DNA of 64,000 bases from Sporopachydermia quercuum (Eukaryota), in NCBI GenBank assembly GCA_001599295.1, contig BCGN01000002.1:1426001-1490000 (forward strand), written 5' to 3'. Shown here piece after piece: positions 60,301-64,000 of this stretch. The notes beneath the pieces are model-generated. The model had not been told where the DNA came from, searched no databases, and worked only from the letters and a program-made list of their open reading frames with translations. The position numbers and the translations under genes were made by a program. The stretch's first letter is position 1; each line of letters begins with the position of its first letter.

Positions 60301-62457
60301 ATGGCTGGCTATCGAGAAGCAATGTCTTTTGGTGATCAAATATTTAGGATGAAAGTTGTTTTGCTTCCAGCAGATATAAATAAGAATTCTATGTTTGGAG
60401 GAGGAGTCAGTAATAGCGATATAGAACAAGAGAAACTAACAGTTGAAGAGTTACGTATTGAAGGACTAAAAAAATTGATATCGTTGATTTATAAAGGAAG
60501 ATACCTAACGAAGGAAGAAGCCAATCGGATGAGCGATAAGAAAGATTCGATACCAGTGATTAACTACTATACAGGTGATTTATTCCGGTATTTGAGACAA
60601 CAGGTTGAAATCAATAATACATCGATAGGACAAGGAGTCCCCAGGAAGAAAGACTCAATATTTATTAACAACCAAGAGCGGTTCAATATATCAATAAAAT
60701 TGAACCAATTAGCAGCAGAGATGCAAAATACTAAAGGTATAACCTTTGTCGATCGTCGATGGCACTGGAAACTGCATAAGAACTGTTTTCTAGGCCAGGA
60801 ATTTGTAACTTGGATANTAGAAAACTTTTCCGACGTTGAAACAAGAGATGAAGCTGTGAACTTTGGTAACAATTTAATGAATGAAGGCCTTTTCCATCAT
60901 GTTGAGAATCGCCATGGGTTTTTAGACGGTCATTATTTCTATCAATTGAATCCTGAGTATGATGTAAGTGATAGTAATAATAATATCAACAGCACCAATA
61001 ACAATAGAAACACTTCGTGGTTCTCTAAACCTAGCCAATTGAGAAACAACAGTGACGCCAGGTCTATGCTATCAAATGAAAGGTCGAGATCAAATTCTGT
61101 TGCTACTCAAGGATCTAAGCTGAGAGGCAATAAAATACAATCTCCTGATAGTTTAGAACCAGCTAATAGTAATGATTTCATGCTACGACGTGTACTTTCT
61201 TCTGAAGCCAAAGAAGTAGACAAGGGGCAGGAACGAGACCGGGAAAGGGACAAGGACAAGGAAAAGGAAAAGGAGAAGGAGAAGGAGAAGGAGAAGGAGA
61301 AGGATAAATCCAGAGACACTGACAGAGAGTTTGAAACGAATAAGCAAAACTACGTTTTGAAACAAACAGATAAAGATATAGATAAGGATTCTTTCACCGA
61401 TAAACTAATCAATAATCAAACGCCAGATTCAGTACCAGCATCAACTCGTGTAGCTAGTAATGATTCATCAGATCAGCAAACAGCAGACAATGCTAGTTCC
61501 AATCCTAATTCTAATCCTAGTTCATCTTCGACTGCCAATCAACCTAATAAAACAAATACAATACATAGAAATCCATCCAAAACTGAATCATCACCACAGC
61601 TTGAAAGCTTGCCAAAGAAAAGAAAAGAAAAAATCCAAGTAATGCTAAGCAGGACTATTGATTACGATATGGACACTTCAAGGAAATCCAATAGGCCAGA
61701 AATCGTTCAAGTTCACTATGATTCTGTTCATAATCCTGAACATTCTTTCAGATTGAGACTTGAGTGGTTAAACGTTACTCCTAAGCTGATTGATGAAACC
61801 ATTGGAATTTGGGGAAGAACCTGTGAAAGATATGGACTAAAACTAATTCAAGTACCCTGGAGAGAAATCGCATCTATTCCAAGTTCTAATCCTTTTCATA
61901 GTATGATATATATAGAGCTTGCTTTGAATCCATGGACAGATGAAGAGTTCAATAAGGTCTATAGTACCTCGAATAAGAATGACTCATCACCAGCGTCATT
62001 ATCAACATTGGGAACAACGTCAATTGAACCGTTGAACACCAATAAGAAATTTTATCATATTCAATTACTGGATTACTGTGGATTTATCCTTGATGGAGCG
62101 TCTCATAAGGATTATGAATCAGAAGAGTTTGACATAACATACTCTTGGGGAAAACCATCATTCAAATACTCACAGTTTATTCATAAAAGTGGAGGATACA
62201 TTGCTCAGATCCGTGATGATGGTAAGTTTGTTTTGGCACCTAATAATACCTATTTGACACGAGTGAATGTTCCAACAGAGATAACGCACTTACAGCAATC
62301 TCAGATCAATGCTGAAATGATTATCCGACAGTTTAAAGAAATATGCAGTGAAAAAGAAAAGCTGAGAACGATTTTCCGCAGTGCTAGAAATGCATGGATA
62401 AAAGTTCATGGATACGAAGAGGATGCCGGGTTTGACAGTTTAGATATTTCTGTATGA
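57374..62457 (+). CDS. IML1: SEACIT/GATOR1 subunit Iml1 (DEPDC5 homologue); exons 57374-57646 and 57724-62457
   Basis: Motifs VVFRSESAK, QMSKEMWDFEESG, KGNLLEAINLA, WRSLSSPA and a DEP domain DRRWHWKLHKNCFLG. Intron is GTAAGT..GACTAAC..TAG. Confidence 0.96.
61231..61308 (+). repeat. Coding hexamer repeat (GAGAAG/GACAAG/GAAAAG)n encoding an ERDRERDKDKEKEKEK tract in IML1
   Basis: Five exact GAGAAG copies at 61273-61302 with degenerate flanking copies. Confidence 0.85.
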
Positions 62458-62769
62458 TATAAGGAAACCGAGAGTGAGAACAGAAGCNGATACTGGGGAA
62501 TGTATATAAATAGAGAAGAGTCTGTATAGCTAGATACATAACTGTGTTGATGTATGTGTCAAAAATCGTATGATTGATAGATATCTCATGAGTATCGTAT
62601 GAATGTTAGATAGCCTATGAATTAGCATTATCGTAATGCTCTGTTGAATCCAACATAAAAAGAGATAGACATTTCAGACACTTCAGCACTTAGTACATAA
62701 ACTGCATTGTATTGTTTATCTTCTATTCAACAATCCAAAGATTACTGTTGAAATAACATAATTACCTAT

Positions 62770-63821
62770 TTAAACTAATCTTTGGGCAGCCTTAATAGTA
62801 TCAGCCAAAACACCAGCAGCAGTAACTTCAGCACCAGCTCCTGCACCTTGAACAATCAAAGGATTAGTGTAACGCTTAGTCTTGATAGAAATAACATTAT
62901 CAGAACCTTTTAATGAAGCAAAAGGATGAGATAAGTCATACTTGTTGATACTAACACTTAGCTTGTTGTTCACTAAATCAACGACACCTACAAGTCTCAG
63001 AACCTTCTTTTCAGCAAGTGCTTCTTCCTTCAAATTATCAATTTCACCATCGTACTCAGGAAGCTTTTGCAAGAACTCTTCAGCAGAAACAATTGATTCT
63101 AAAGGCTTTGGAATCAAAGAGTGAACAGGGAAAGATGTTGGTGATTCAACTTCCTTTCCTGCTAATCTAGCAAGAATAGTAACTTTTCTAGCGAAATCCA
63201 AACCGTTCAAATCTTCTCTGGGATCAGGTTCAGTATAACCGGCTTGTTTGGCTTCAGTAACAATATCAGAGAACTTCACACTAGTCTTTTCGGCAGTTGA
63301 GAAAGTATTGAAGATGAATGAAAGAGAACCAGAAAGAATACCCTCAATTTCAGTGATTTCGTCACCAGTTGCAACCAAATCATTGATAGTTCCAATAATA
63401 GGTAAACCAGCTCCAACAGTAGCTTCATGGTAAACTAATCCACCGTTGACAGAAGCTGAAGCATCAAAGATCTTCTTCCATAGGGAAATATCAGATGAGA
63501 ACCCTTTCTTGTTAGGAGTCGCAATTGAAATCCCGTTTTCTAAAAACTGAGGGTAACTTGAGGCTAAATCTCCATCAGAAGTGTTATCAACTAAAATAGC
63601 AGGAAATGGTGATTTAGAGAGGAACGAAACTATCTCAGAAACACTCAATGATGGCTCCTTGTCCTTTTCTTCTTCAGGAGACCAAGTGTTAAGATCCAAA
63701 GGAGTATAATTTCTAGAGATCCAGACGTTCTTTGACTTAGCAATGAGGACAACATGGTAAGCAATGTTTGATTTGATGGCTTTCAATTGGTTTAAATAGG
63801 CAGAGCCAACAAGTCCAGTAC
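62770..63821 (-). CDS. HOM6: Homoserine dehydrogenase, last exon (first exon probably beyond the window end)
   Basis: GTGLVG NAD motif right after a TATTAAC..CAG acceptor at 63822. Motifs ATPNKK, HEATVGAGLP and GYTEPDPREDLNG. Convergent with IML1 as in S. cerevisiae. Confidence 0.95.
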
Positions 63822-64000
63822 CTGTTACATGTATTATGTTAATAACTGTTCTCTAACTCAATGGTCGGCACCAAGTACAGCACATATTTGCTTACTTCTA
63901 AAGGTAAAACAACAAGATNAGTTCCTCAGCCTCAATTTATACCTTTGAAACAATACCAAATCCAATATTTTCAGGCATCGTTTCCATTTATAAGACAATC

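Noticed and set aside
63890..63901. TAG-AA-GTAAGC in the HOM6 intron as a 2-nt micro-exon
   Set aside because: It would not supply the first Gly of GxGxxG. The true upstream exon is probably outside the window.

Overview
AT-rich, gene-dense chromosome segment from an intron-rich budding yeast (Saccharomycotina). CTG codons fall at conserved Leu positions, so this is not a CUG-Ser or CUG-Ala species. Scattered single n bases suggest a heterozygous diploid consensus. I reconstruct 23 protein-coding genes with 23 spliceosomal introns in total: pseudouridine glycosidase-kinase fusion, AIM18/46-like, MET5, NBL1/borealin, RPN10, INO4-like bHLH, MOT1, RPS9, RPL21, RIM2, FCF2, MED8, WBP11/AIM4-like, ATP4, MSI1, DUF5315-like, GPI2, TAF5, MAM3, APE2, a GAF-domain protein, IML1 and partial HOM6. 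The ORF track fragments or misses several of these. Gene order matches the S. cerevisiae blocks YHR198-200, YPL082-076/YBR189-198 and YJR137-139 (recalled from memory). I recognised no tRNA, rRNA, CRISPR array or autonomous transposon, and no clearly new system. Best leads: (1) a ~155-nt hairpin bridging a distant branch point to the 3' splice site in ATP4 intron 2; (2) APE2 with possibly three N-termini, one from a TATA-preceded signal-peptide-like ORF inside its intron; (3) a WBP11-like gene at the AIM4 position; (4) a shared Cbf1+AGGGT module at about -340 of both ribosomal protein genes; (5) an enriched non-coding ATGAGAYG motif; (6) a candidate structured RNA upstream of MET5.
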